This document shows, piece after piece, positions 17,935 to 26,970 of a stretch of 34,031 nucleotides of DNA. Both the position numbers and the translations under genes were made by a program. Origin of the DNA: an uncultured Pseudomonadales bacterium (GTDB lineage Bacteria > Patescibacteriota > Microgenomatia > UBA1400 > MFAQ01). The notes beneath the pieces are model-generated. The model was not told where the DNA came from. It saw nothing but the letters and a program-made list of their open reading frames with translations, and ran no database searches. The stretch is from NCBI GenBank assembly GCA_964541175.1, contig CAZIPD010000001.1:17832-51862 (forward strand), in the 5' to 3' direction. How positions within the stretch are numbered: position 1 is the first letter of the stretch; each line of letters begins with the position of its first letter.

Positions 17935-18408
17935 GTGCCCATCAAGGTAATATTTCTCGATGTTCAAGGGGTCCTGGATATCCAGGGGTATCGCAATTCA
18001 CCGCTGGTATCACTTCTGGAAGAGTTGAAACAACTAAACGATCTCAAGATCATCATCACTACCAACACTTCACTAGATCAAAGTAATGATCCTCAAGGGC
18101 TCACCGCCATTGCGGAATTGGTGGTCAACTCGACCCCGGATACCCCCAAACCTTCAATAGAATTCTGGAATGACTCTTTTCGACACGGTCTCTCTCTGGT
18201 TCCCGGCCTACAAATGGACGAAGTCTTGGTCATCGACGATCGTTCGGACATCATTGAGTCAGCCCGTGACTTTGGGTTCCAAACCCTCCACTATATTCAA
18301 GGCGCCTCGGAAAACTCTTTAAGAGAAATGCTCTCCCTCGACACAGAAGAACGAACTACTACTCTCTCCTCTCCAAAAGAAGTTGATCAATATTTTGAGA
18401 AACTCTAA
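17935..18408 (+). CDS. HAD-superfamily hydrolase-fold protein with a C-terminal extension
   Basis: motif I IFLDVQGVL, motif II ITTN, motif III KP, motif IV VIDD; GFQTLHY marks the end of the HAD core; start codon GTG. Confidence 0.8.
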   Translation: MPIKVIFLDVQGVLDIQGYRNSPLVSLLEELKQLNDLKIIITTNTSLDQSNDPQGLTAIAELVVNSTPDTPKPSIEFWNDSFRHGLSLVPGLQMDEVLVIDDRSDIIESARDFGFQTLHYIQGASENSLREMLSLDTEERTTTLSSPKEVDQYFEKL

Positions 18409-18410
18409 AA

Positions 18411-18677
18411 ATGTATCGATTGATCATCACCCCTGACTTTGAAAAGGAGCTCATCGCCTATCTTCTGGACCATCACGACGAAAGAGACAAGATCATTAAA
18501 GCCTTCAAAGAACTGCTCACCGATCCGGACCACCCATCTCTTAGGACCCACAAACTTAACGACCGCTCGGAGTGGTCAATGTCGGTCGATCTCACGATCA
18601 GGGTCACCTTTGAAATCGACGGGGAAAACATCGTCTTCCAACACATCGGTACCCACGACTTAGTCTATCGTCAGTAA
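18411..18677 (+). CDS. RelE/YafQ-superfamily toxin-like protein (putative mRNA interferase)
   Basis: 88 aa; HPSLRTHKL, WSMSV..IRVTF, C-terminal IGTHDLVY. Confidence 0.85.
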   Translation: MYRLIITPDFEKELIAYLLDHHDERDKIIKAFKELLTDPDHPSLRTHKLNDRSEWSMSVDLTIRVTFEIDGENIVFQHIGTHDLVYRQ

Positions 18678-18691
18678 TTTATCCTATATCA

Positions 18692-18720
18692 TTGACACCC
18701 CCTGAAAAAGAGCGTAAAAT
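18692..18720 (+). promoter_or_regulatory. near-consensus sigma70 promoter
   Basis: TTGACA(18692-97)-17 bp-TAAAAT(18715-20); SD GGAGGT at 18765-70. Confidence 0.8.
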
Positions 18721-18774
18721 ATATCCTATACAAAAACACCAATTTGGTGCGCACCCTTAAAATCGGAGGTTTGA

Positions 18775-19212
18775 ATGAAGATAAACAAGGCCTTTCTGTA
18801 TACCTCTCTGATGATCATCGCCCTTTTTGCGTTTGAAATATTCAACTACGCTATCACTCGTCTTGCCCTGACCGACCTGGTAGGGAACATCAACCTGGTC
18901 GGTATCCGCTGGTCGACGATACTGGCGATTGCGTTCTGCCTAATAGACTTTGTCGGCATCAACAAGTATTTTTTGGATCCTGAAGATGATGCATCTCCTG
19001 CGGTCTGGTATCTGTTCGGTGCCTGGTCCCTATCCGCCATGTTTAACGCCGTACTAACCTGGTGGGGAGTTACCCTTGTTCTCTCAAATCTTCCCGCCAG
19101 CCCACTACAACCCATGATCCCGCTACTTGTGGCGGTTGTAGCCTTTTTAATTCGAGTTCTGATTGTCGGAACCATGTTGGTCACCGGCAACCGCCCACCC
19201 CAAACCGACTAA
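18775..19212 (+). CDS. hypothetical polytopic membrane protein (about 4 TM helices)
   Basis: four hydrophobic segments; strong SD, promoter and terminator. Confidence 0.8.
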   Translation: MKINKAFLYTSLMIIALFAFEIFNYAITRLALTDLVGNINLVGIRWSTILAIAFCLIDFVGINKYFLDPEDDASPAVWYLFGAWSLSAMFNAVLTWWGVTLVLSNLPASPLQPMIPLLVAVVAFLIRVLIVGTMLVTGNRPPQTD

Positions 19213-19216
19213 TACC

Positions 19217-19243
19217 AAGCTCCCCTTCCCAAGGGGAGCTTTT
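19217..19243 (+). terminator. intrinsic terminator
   Basis: AAGCTCCCCTT-CCC-AAGGGGAGCTT followed by TT. Confidence 0.8.
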
Positions 19244-19302
19244 GATATCCGATAACCTCCTCCTCCGACTTGCGACCCCGACAACAAATCCAGGCACATC
19301 TA

Positions 19303-19311
19303 TGGTAAAAT
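19303..19311 (+). promoter_or_regulatory. putative fusA promoter (extended -10)
   Basis: TGgTAAAAT; a promoter is expected here because a terminator lies upstream. Confidence 0.5.
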
Positions 19312-19390
19312 TAGCTCTGTTTGAACTCTGTCCTTTACTGGGCAGGTTTCTTTCGTCAAGAGTTACAATAGAATAAAAACATAAAAAAAC

Positions 19391-21514
19391 ATGGCTGTAG
19401 CAACACAAAAAACCATTCCCTTGGACAAGGTAAGGAACATCGGAGTCATTGCTCATATTGACGCCGGGAAAACTACCACCACGGAACGTATTCTTTTCTA
19501 TACCGGTAAGACCTACAAGATCGGTGACATCGATGAAGGTGACACCCAGATGGATTGGATGGATCAGGAAAGAGAACGTGGTATTACCATCGTCTCTGCT
19601 GCCACCACCACTTTTTGGACCCCCGCCCTTGAAGATGCCAACATCAAAGAGACCTGTCGTTTCAATATCATTGACACTCCCGGACATGTCGACTTTACCG
19701 CCGAGGTGGAACGCTCCCTCCGTGTTCTCGATGGAGGTATCATCGTTCTCGACGCCGGTTCCGGTGTCCAATCTCAAACTGAAACCGTCTGGCGCCAAGC
19801 CGACAAATACAAAGTTCCCCGCATTGCTCTCATAAATAAAATGGACGTTTTGGGTGCCGATTTCCAAGCCACTCTTGATGACGTTCATACCAAACTCGGA
19901 GCAAAGACCGCCACCATGGCCCTCCCTATCGGGGTCGAAAATACTTTCAAAGGCATTGCCCTCTTACTGGAACGCAAACATCTAATTTGGAGAGGTGACG
20001 AAACAGGTGCTCACTACGACGTCTTGGAGGGTTTCCCTGAAGACATGAAAGACGCCTGCGAAGCCGAAAGAGCCAAATTAATTGAAGCCATCGTCGAGAC
20101 CGAGGAAAGCCTCATGGACAAATTCTTCGCCGGAGAAGAACCAACTCTTAGAGAACTCAAAGATGCTCTTCGTCAAGCCACCATCAGAAATGAGATAGTT
20201 CCCGTTTTCCCAGGATCATCTTTAAGGAATAAAGGTGTCCAACCACTTCTCGATGCCGTCGTCGACTTCCTTCCCTCACCTCTAGACAAGGAAGTAACCC
20301 GCGGAATCAATCCAAATACTCAAGAAGAAGAGCTCAGAAAACCCGACCCCTCGGAACCTTTCGCCGGACTCGCCTTCAAAATTCAAGCCGATCCTCACGT
20401 TGGAAAACTCACATACGTCCGTATATATTCCGGGAAGATTGTTTCCGGTTCTTACATTTACAATCCCGGAAAGGACGAGCGTGAACGCGTTGGTCGTTTG
20501 ATGTTAATGCACGCCAACTCCAGAGAAGAGATCGCTCAGGCCAGCGCCGGAGAGATCGTCGGTGTAGTTGGTCTTAAAGCCACCAAGACAGGTGACACCC
20601 TTTGTGACGAGTCCAAGCCATTGGTCCTTGAATCTATCAACTTCCCCGACCCCGTTATCTCTCTTGCCATCGAACCCAAGACCAAAGCCGATCAAGAAAA
20701 ACTTGACCTTGCCCTTGGCCGTTTGGCGGAAGAAGACCCCACCTTCAAGATCAAGACCGACCACGAAACCGGTCAGACCGTTATCGCCGGCATGGGAGAA
20801 CTTCACCTTGAGATCTTGGTTGACCGCCTTAGACGTGAATTCAAAGTAGAAGCCTCGACCGGTGCCCCCCAAGTTGCCTATCGCGAAACCATTACCAAAG
20901 AAGCTCGTGGAGAGGGCAAATACATCCGCCAATCCGGAGGTCGTGGTCAATATGGCCATGCTATCCTCGTTGTTACCCCCAAAGCCACTGGCGAAGGCTT
21001 TACCTTCACCAATAAGATCGTCGGTGGTTCCATTCCCCGTGAATTCATCGGCCCCATCGAAAAAGGTGTTCGCGAAGCTCTCGACAATGGTGTCATCGCC
21101 GGTTTCCAAATGGTTGACCTTGATGTTGCCGTCGTTGACGGATCTTTCCATGAAGTCGACTCTTCCGAAATGTCCTTCAAGATCGCCGGTTCCATGGCTC
21201 TTCAAGACGCTGTCAAGAAAGCCGGACCTGTGATTCTCGAACCTATCATGAAAGTTGAAGTCACCACTCCTGAGGAAAACATGGGAGACATCATTGGTGA
21301 CCTGTCCGCCAGACGCGCTCAGATCGCCGGTACCGCCCAAAGAGGCAATGCTCGTGTCATCACCGCCCAAGTTCCTCTTTCTGAGCTATCTGCGTACGCC
21401 ACAGCTATAAGATCCCTTACTGCCGGACGTGCCAACTACTACATGGAGCCAAGCCATTATCAAGAACTTCCACAGAGCTTTGCCGCTAAATTGTTGAAAA
21501 GTCCAGCCAATTAG
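19391..21514 (+). CDS. fusA: elongation factor G
   Basis: AHIDAGKTT, ERERGITI, DTPGHVDF, NKMD, GMGELHLEI, SGGRGQYGH. Confidence 0.99.
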   Translation: MAVATQKTIPLDKVRNIGVIAHIDAGKTTTTERILFYTGKTYKIGDIDEGDTQMDWMDQERERGITIVSAATTTFWTPALEDANIKETCRFNIIDTPGHVDFTAEVERSLRVLDGGIIVLDAGSGVQSQTETVWRQADKYKVPRIALINKMDVLGADFQATLDDVHTKLGAKTATMALPIGVENTFKGIALLLERKHLIWRGDETGAHYDVLEGFPEDMKDACEAERAKLIEAIVETEESLMDKFFAGEEPTLRELKDALRQATIRNEIVPVFPGSSLRNKGVQPLLDAVVDFLPSPLDKEVTRGINPNTQEEELRKPDPSEPFAGLAFKIQADPHVGKLTYVRIYSGKIVSGSYIYNPGKDERERVGRLMLMHANSREEIAQASAGEIVGVVGLKATKTGDTLCDESKPLVLESINFPDPVISLAIEPKTKADQEKLDLALGRLAEEDPTFKIKTDHETGQTVIAGMGELHLEILVDRLRREFKVEASTGAPQVAYRETITKEARGEGKYIRQSGGRGQYGHAILVVTPKATGEGFTFTNKIVGGSIPREFIGPIEKGVREALDNGVIAGFQMVDLDVAVVDGSFHEVDSSEMSFKIAGSMALQDAVKKAGPVILEPIMKVEVTTPEENMGDIIGDLSARRAQIAGTAQRGNARVITAQVPLSELSAYATAIRSLTAGRANYYMEPSHYQELPQSFAAKLLKSPAN

Positions 21515-21532
21515 CTTAAAATCTGATATAAT
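21494..21532 (+). promoter_or_regulatory. internal tuf promoter(s)
   Basis: TTGAAA(21494-99)-17 bp-TAAAAT(21517-22), plus TGaTATAAT (21524-32). Confidence 0.55.
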
Positions 21533-21580
21533 CGCAAACGCTAAAAATAAATTAGTAATTAAATAATAATTAAACAAAAT

Positions 21581-22756
21581 ATGGCTACTTTTTCCCGCAC
21601 CAAGCCTCACGTTAATATCGGTACCATTGGTCACGTTGACCACGGCAAGACCACTCTTACCGCCGCTATTACTCAAACCCTGGCCGCTCAAGGTTTAGCC
21701 GAGGCCCTCGCTTTCGACAAAATTGACTCCTCTCCCGAAGAGAGAGCTCGTGGTGTTACTATTCAGATCTCTCACGTCCCTTACGAGACCAAAAAACGTC
21801 ACTACGCTCATATCGACTGTCCTGGACACCGTGACTACATCAAGAACATGATCACCGGTGCCGCTCAGATGGACGGTGCTATCTTGGTCGTCGCTGCCAC
21901 TGACGGTCCTATGCCTCAGACCAAAGAACACCTTCTTCTCGCTCACCAGGTTAACGTTCCCAGACTCGTAGTCGCTCTCAACAAAGTTGACGCCGTTTCC
22001 GACCCTGAGCTCCTTGAGCTCGTCGAGATGGAAATTCGTGAACTTCTTAAGAAATACAAGTTTGAAGAAGACACCCCTATCATCCGCGTTTCCGCTCTCA
22101 AAGCCCTTGAAGGAGACAAAGCCGCTCAAGAAGGCATCATGAAGCTCATGGACACGGTTGACGAATGGATCCCTGATCCGGTACGTGAACTGGACAAACC
22201 CTTCCTTATGCCTGTAGAAGACGTTTTCTCCATCAAAGGCCGTGGAACAGTTGTTACCGGTCGTATCGAACGTGGAGTTGTCAAGATCGGTGATGAGATC
22301 GAGATCATTGGTATCAAAGCCACCGCCAAATCGGTCGTTACCGGAGTTGAAATGTTCCACCAACAGCTGGAACAAGGTCAAGCTGGTGACAACGTTGGTC
22401 TTCTCCTTCGCGGAATCGAAAAAGACGATGTTCAAAGAGGTCAGGTATTGGCCAAATCAGGCTCAATTACCCCTCACACCAAGTTTGAAGCTGAAGGCTA
22501 CATCCTCGGTAAAGATGAAGGTGGTCGCCACACTCCTCTTTTCACAGGTTACAAACCTCAGTTCTTTATCCGCACCACTGACGTAACCGGTGAGGTCAAA
22601 CTCCCCGAAGGTGTAGAGATGATCATGCCTGGTGACAACGCTAAAATGAATGTCGAGCTTATCGCCCCCATCGCCATGGAGGATGGACAACGCTTCGCTA
22701 TTCGCGAAGGTGGTCTTACTGTCGGCGCTGGTGTTATTACCAAGATCATCGCCTAA
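21581..22756 (+). CDS. tuf: elongation factor Tu
   Basis: [37 protein letters not shown]. Confidence 0.99.
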   Translation: MATFSRTKPHVNIGTIGHVDHGKTTLTAAITQTLAAQGLAEALAFDKIDSSPEERARGVTIQISHVPYETKKRHYAHIDCPGHRDYIKNMITGAAQMDGAILVVAATDGPMPQTKEHLLLAHQVNVPRLVVALNKVDAVSDPELLELVEMEIRELLKKYKFEEDTPIIRVSALKALEGDKAAQEGIMKLMDTVDEWIPDPVRELDKPFLMPVEDVFSIKGRGTVVTGRIERGVVKIGDEIEIIGIKATAKSVVTGVEMFHQQLEQGQAGDNVGLLLRGIEKDDVQRGQVLAKSGSITPHTKFEAEGYILGKDEGGRHTPLFTGYKPQFFIRTTDVTGEVKLPEGVEMIMPGDNAKMNVELIAPIAMEDGQRFAIREGGLTVGAGVITKIIA

Positions 22757-22802
22757 GACAGAACCAAGTCTTCAAAAAATTAGCACTTTGTAAAAACTTC
22801 AT

Positions 22803-23114
22803 ATGCAGGACCAACCACGTATTCGTGTCAAATTAAAGTCATTTGATCACCGCGTCATTGACGAAGCGGCCAAGAAGATCATTCAAGCCGCACTAGTCTC
22901 TGGAGCCAACGTGGTTGGTCCTGTACCTCTGCCCACCAAGAAAAAGACCATTGTCGTCCTCGCCTCACCCCACACCGACAAGGACTCCCGTGAACAGTAC
23001 GCTGTTCTCACCCACAAGAGACTCATCGACATTGTTTCTCCCACTAACAAAACCATTGACTCTCTCCAGCATTTGGATCTTCCTGCCGGTGTCGGCATCG
23101 AGATCAAAATGTAG
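22803..23114 (+). CDS. rpsJ: 30S ribosomal protein S10 (NusE)
   Basis: RIRVKLKSFDH, GPVPLPT, SPHTDKDSREQ, HKRLIDI. Confidence 0.99.
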   Translation: MQDQPRIRVKLKSFDHRVIDEAAKKIIQAALVSGANVVGPVPLPTKKKTIVVLASPHTDKDSREQYAVLTHKRLIDIVSPTNKTIDSLQHLDLPAGVGIEIKM

Positions 23115-23158
23115 TCGCACTATGCAAACATTAAATTACTAAATTAAACTCCAATTCT

Positions 23159-23196
23159 GATTTTCGGGTCCCCCGGAAATCCGGGGACGTTTTTTT
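23159..23196 (+). terminator. terminator with an overlapping alternative hairpin (candidate attenuator) between rpsJ and rplC
   Basis: terminator GT(C)CCCCGG-AAAT-CCGGGGAC + G + T7 (23168-96); alternative hairpin GATTTTCGGG-TCC-CCCGGAAATC (23159-81). Confidence 0.7.
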
Positions 23197-23204
23197 GAAA
23201 AAAC

Positions 23205-23831
23205 ATGCTTAATAAAATATACGCAGTCAAGACAGACATGACCCAGACCTTCTCTGAAGGTAAAAGGGTCCCTATAACCGTGCTCATGGTTGACAAGCAC
23301 GTGGTTCTAGGTACAAAAACACAAGAAAAAGATGGATACACAGCCCAAATATTGAGCATTGGATCCCGCAAGAAAACCGCCAACAAGCCTTTGAACAAAT
23401 TCCTCCAAAAGATCGGTATCGACTTTACTCCCAAGAACATCCGTGAAGTCCGCACCGAAGAAGTAGCCGAAGCTAAATCTGATATTAATCTCGCCGAGAT
23501 CCTTATAGTCGGATCCAAAGTTTCCGTTACCTCCGTTTCCAAAGGTAAGGGTACTGCCGGTGTCATGAAACGTCATGGCTTCCACGGTGGCCCTCGCACT
23601 CACGGTCAGTCGGACAGAGGTCGTGCCCCAGGATCGATCGGTAGAGGTACTACCCCGGGACGTGTCCTCAAAGGCAAGAAGATGGCCGGCCATATGGGCT
23701 CGGAAAATATCTCTGTCAGAAACTTGACCATCAACTCATTCGAACCGGAAACCGGAAAACTCACACTCATTGGCCCTCTCCCCGGAGCCAACGGTACTCT
23801 CGCCGCCATTACCGTTACTAAGAAAGCCTAA
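23205..23831 (+). CDS. rplC: 50S ribosomal protein L3
   Basis: KGKGTAGVMKRHGF.GGPRTHG, PGSIG, GKKMAGHMG. Confidence 0.99.
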   Translation: MLNKIYAVKTDMTQTFSEGKRVPITVLMVDKHVVLGTKTQEKDGYTAQILSIGSRKKTANKPLNKFLQKIGIDFTPKNIREVRTEEVAEAKSDINLAEILIVGSKVSVTSVSKGKGTAGVMKRHGFHGGPRTHGQSDRGRAPGSIGRGTTPGRVLKGKKMAGHMGSENISVRNLTINSFEPETGKLTLIGPLPGANGTLAAITVTKKA

Positions 23832-23836
23832 CTAAA

Positions 23837-24469
23837 ATGCCTACAAAAAAGACCACCGCCACCTCCACTGCCCCTGATCTCAGTGCCTTCAACGTTGAAG
23901 TCGCTCCCTCTTTGATCGCCCAAGCTATCTATGTCTATCAGGCTAACTCACATCGTGGGGTCGCCAACTCAAAAACTCGTGGAGAGGTCACTGCTTCTTC
24001 CCGCAAGATCTACAAGCAAAAAGGCACAGGTAACGCCAGACACGGCGCCAAGTCCGCCCCCATCTTCGTTGGTGGAGGTGTTGTCTTCGGCCCTACTGGC
24101 CTTGCTACCCCCCTCAAATCCATGAATCAGAAGATGAGGCTCAAAGCTCTCGCCGGCATCCTCACTCTTTACCGTACCGAAGACAGACTTTCCGTCATCG
24201 ACTCTAAGGAGATCAAAGAGAAGTCGACCAAAAATGCTATCAAACTTCTTCCCAAAGATTTTGCTAAACTGAACGCCGCTCTTGTTCACTTTGGAGAAAC
24301 CCCCGAGCTTCTCAAATCCTTAAGCAACCTCAAAGGGCTCACACTTCTCGCTGCCAACCGCCTCAATGCCTTTAAAGTAGCTCAAAACTCGAAGATCATT
24401 CTTACCGCTTCGGCTCTCGAGCACCTAAGCAAAAAAATAGCTCAAGTTAAGAACGTCAAGTCTAAATAA
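23837..24469 (+). CDS. rplD: 50S ribosomal protein L4
   Basis: KTRGEV..RKIYKQKGTGNARHG..PIFVGGGVVFGP. Confidence 0.98.
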   Translation: MPTKKTTATSTAPDLSAFNVEVAPSLIAQAIYVYQANSHRGVANSKTRGEVTASSRKIYKQKGTGNARHGAKSAPIFVGGGVVFGPTGLATPLKSMNQKMRLKALAGILTLYRTEDRLSVIDSKEIKEKSTKNAIKLLPKDFAKLNAALVHFGETPELLKSLSNLKGLTLLAANRLNAFKVAQNSKIILTASALEHLSKKIAQVKNVKSK

Positions 24470-24470
24470 A

Positions 24471-24779
24471 ATGTCTACTCCACTAATTCATCAAAACACC
24501 ATCATCAATCCGGTCGTCACCGAAAAAAGCTATAGCTTGGCGGCTCAGGATAAATACGTTTTCAGAGTTGATCCCTCGGCCAGCAAATACCAGATCAGAC
24601 AAGCCGTCAAAGATCTTTTCAATGTCGACGTCATTACCGTTAGCACTGTTAAGAAAGCTTCTCGTACGGTCCGCTCCATGAAAACCGGCAAATACGTCAA
24701 CCTGCCTGTTACCAAGAAGGCCATTGTCCAAATAAAGAAAGGCCAGAAGATCGAGATCTTCTCCGCTCTTAAGTCATAA
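24471..24779 (+). CDS. rplW: 50S ribosomal protein L23
   Basis: PVVTEKS, KYVFRV, KKAIV; operon position. Confidence 0.98.
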   Translation: MSTPLIHQNTIINPVVTEKSYSLAAQDKYVFRVDPSASKYQIRQAVKDLFNVDVITVSTVKKASRTVRSMKTGKYVNLPVTKKAIVQIKKGQKIEIFSALKS

Positions 24780-24785
24780 AATCAT

Positions 24786-25538
24786 ATGAAAGTCCTTAAA
24801 CGTCTAAAGAAAATCAACCCCAAGTCTTCCGGAAGAAATAACTCCGGAAAGATCACAGTTCGTCACCAAGGTGGCAGACAAAAACGACACCTCCGTCACA
24901 TTGACTGGAAAAGGATCGTCTCCGTCCCTGCCAAGGTGGTCTCCATTGAATATGATCCGAACCGCACCGCCGAGATCGCTCTTCTGACATATCAGAACGG
25001 TGACAAAGACTATATCCTTGCTCCTCAAGGACTTAAGGTCGGCGATATCATTCAATCCTCCGAAACCGCCGAGATCAAGGTCGGCAACTGCCTGCCCTTA
25101 AAGAACATTCCCATCGGTGTCCAGATCCACAATATCGAGATCGTTCCCGGTAAAGGTGCTCAGATGGTCCGCTCCGCCGGCAACTTCGCCCTCGTTCAAT
25201 CCAAGGAAGAAGACAAGATCCTTATCAAACTCCCCTCGGGAGAAATTAGGGCCTTCCATGGCAACGCCAAAGCTACGGTTGGTGCTCTGGGTAAAGAACA
25301 TCACAAAGAAGAACATATTGGTTCGGCCGGTCGCGCTCGTCACATGGGCCGCCGCCCGGTAGTTCGTGGTGTTGCTCAAGATCCTCGTTCTCACCCACAC
25401 GGTGGTGGAGAAGGCAGGTCCGGAATTGGTCTAAAATCCCCTAAATCCGTCTACGGAAAACGCGTCATGGGTGTCCGTACCAGGAACAAGAAGAAACACA
25501 GCAACCACCTCATTATCAAACGTCGTGGCAAAAAATAA
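24786..25538 (+). CDS. rplB: 50S ribosomal protein L2 (N-terminally short)
   Basis: [31 protein letters not shown]. Confidence 0.99.
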   Translation: MKVLKRLKKINPKSSGRNNSGKITVRHQGGRQKRHLRHIDWKRIVSVPAKVVSIEYDPNRTAEIALLTYQNGDKDYILAPQGLKVGDIIQSSETAEIKVGNCLPLKNIPIGVQIHNIEIVPGKGAQMVRSAGNFALVQSKEEDKILIKLPSGEIRAFHGNAKATVGALGKEHHKEEHIGSAGRARHMGRRPVVRGVAQDPRSHPHGGGEGRSGIGLKSPKSVYGKRVMGVRTRNKKKHSNHLIIKRRGKK

Positions 25539-25543
25539 ATCAT

Positions 25544-25828
25544 ATGTCTAGAAGCTCTAAAAAAGGACCATACGTCTATGAAAGGCTCATCACCAAGGTT
25601 GAGCGTCAGAAGGCTGCCGGAAAAAAAGAACCCATCAAGACCTGGGCAAGAGCCAGCCAGATTCCTCCGGAATTTGTCGGCTATACTTTCCTGGTCCATA
25701 ACGGTAAGGTATTCAAAGAAGTTTTCATTACTGAAGACATGGTCGGTCACCGCTTAGGTGAGTACTCCGCCACTCGTACCTTCCGCGGCCATGGTCGCAT
25801 GGTTAAGAGACTAATGACAAAAACCTAA
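25544..25828 (+). CDS. rpsS: 30S ribosomal protein S19
   Basis: [22 protein letters not shown]. Confidence 0.99.
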   Translation: MSRSSKKGPYVYERLITKVERQKAAGKKEPIKTWARASQIPPEFVGYTFLVHNGKVFKEVFITEDMVGHRLGEYSATRTFRGHGRMVKRLMTKT

Positions 25829-25833
25829 ATAAT

Positions 25834-26301
25834 ATGGCAAAAACAAATCCTATAATCATCGTTGCTCGCGCCCAACACGTTCTGGTCACCCCCAGAAAAG
25901 CTAATCTGCTTCTCGAAGCCTTGGTCGGTCGCCGTGCTACGCTTGCCCTTAAGCAGCTCACCATCACTCCTCAGAGAGCCTCAGATCCCGTGGCCAAGCT
26001 TATCAAACAGGCTATCGGCAATGCCGTCTCACTTCACTCCGCTTCACCCGACTCGCTCATTATCGACTCAGCTTTCGCCACCAAGGGCCGTACCCTTAAG
26101 CGTGCTCATATCGGTGGCCGTGGACGCACCAAGCCTTACCAGCGTATTGCCTCCCACCTTACTTTGAACCTTAGAATTCAAGAAGCTCCAGCCCCTCAGG
26201 CTACTCCCAAGGTCGCTGCACCAAAGGCAGAAAAAACCGAGGAAGTCAAAGTGGCTCCCAAAGCTAAGGCAGTTAAAACAACCAAGAAAAATACTAAATA
26301 A
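25834..26301 (+). CDS. rplV: 50S ribosomal protein L22 with an Ala/Lys/Pro-rich tail
   Basis: TPRKA, AIGNA, GRTLKR..GRGR..SHLT; operon position. Confidence 0.95.
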   Translation: MAKTNPIIIVARAQHVLVTPRKANLLLEALVGRRATLALKQLTITPQRASDPVAKLIKQAIGNAVSLHSASPDSLIIDSAFATKGRTLKRAHIGGRGRTKPYQRIASHLTLNLRIQEAPAPQATPKVAAPKAEKTEEVKVAPKAKAVKTTKKNTK

Positions 26302-26303
26302 AC

Positions 26304-26957
26304 ATGGGTAAAAAAGTCCATCCAACAAGCTTCCGTTCAGGGGTCATCTTCCCGACAAAATCGGTCTGGTTTGCCACAGAGCAAAACTATTCCAAATTTG
26401 TTATCGAGGATAATATGATCCGCAGATACCTCGAAGAAAAACTTAAACTCGCCGGTATCACTACCATCGAGATCAAACGTTCGATCAACACCGTTGATAT
26501 CTTCATGTATGTTTCTCGCCCCGGTGTCGTCATCGGTCGTGGAGGCTCGTCACTGGAAGCTCTTAAGAAGGATGTTGAAAAACTCCTCGGTATCTCAAAA
26601 ACCAAAAGTGCCGTCAAGGTCAATCTTCACCCCATGGAAATTAAGATCCCCGATCTTTCCTCCGCTATAATTGCCGACCGTCTCGCCAACCAACTTGCTC
26701 ACCGCTATCCTTTCCGTCGCGCTGCTAACCAAGCGATCGAGAAAGTTATGGCTGCAGGGGCAAAAGGTGTTAAAATAATGTTTTCCGGAAGGATCGATGG
26801 AGCGGAAATTGCTAGACAAGAGTCTTTCAAGCAAGGTCGTGTTCCCACTCAAACCTTAAGAGCCAATATTGATTATTGCGAATATCCTGCTTTAACCAGA
26901 TCAGGTTATGTTGGCGTCAAGGTCTGGATTTACACCGGAGACATATTGGCTAAATAA
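26304..26957 (+). CDS. rpsC: 30S ribosomal protein S3
   Basis: MGKKVHP, RPGVVIGRGG, SGRIDGAEIAR, GVKVWIY. Confidence 0.99.
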   Translation: MGKKVHPTSFRSGVIFPTKSVWFATEQNYSKFVIEDNMIRRYLEEKLKLAGITTIEIKRSINTVDIFMYVSRPGVVIGRGGSSLEALKKDVEKLLGISKTKSAVKVNLHPMEIKIPDLSSAIIADRLANQLAHRYPFRRAANQAIEKVMAAGAKGVKIMFSGRIDGAEIARQESFKQGRVPTQTLRANIDYCEYPALTRSGYVGVKVWIYTGDILAK

Positions 26958-26970
26958 ACTACAACTACAT

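Noticed and set aside
19391-22756. Fusidic acid or kirromycin resistance alleles in EF-G and EF-Tu
   Set aside because: The motifs checked (HVDF, GMGELHLEI, PQF, RFAIRE) look wild type.
26908-26970. N-terminal extension of L16 in the ORF track
   Set aside because: It overlaps rpsC; the canonical MLQP start is at 26971.
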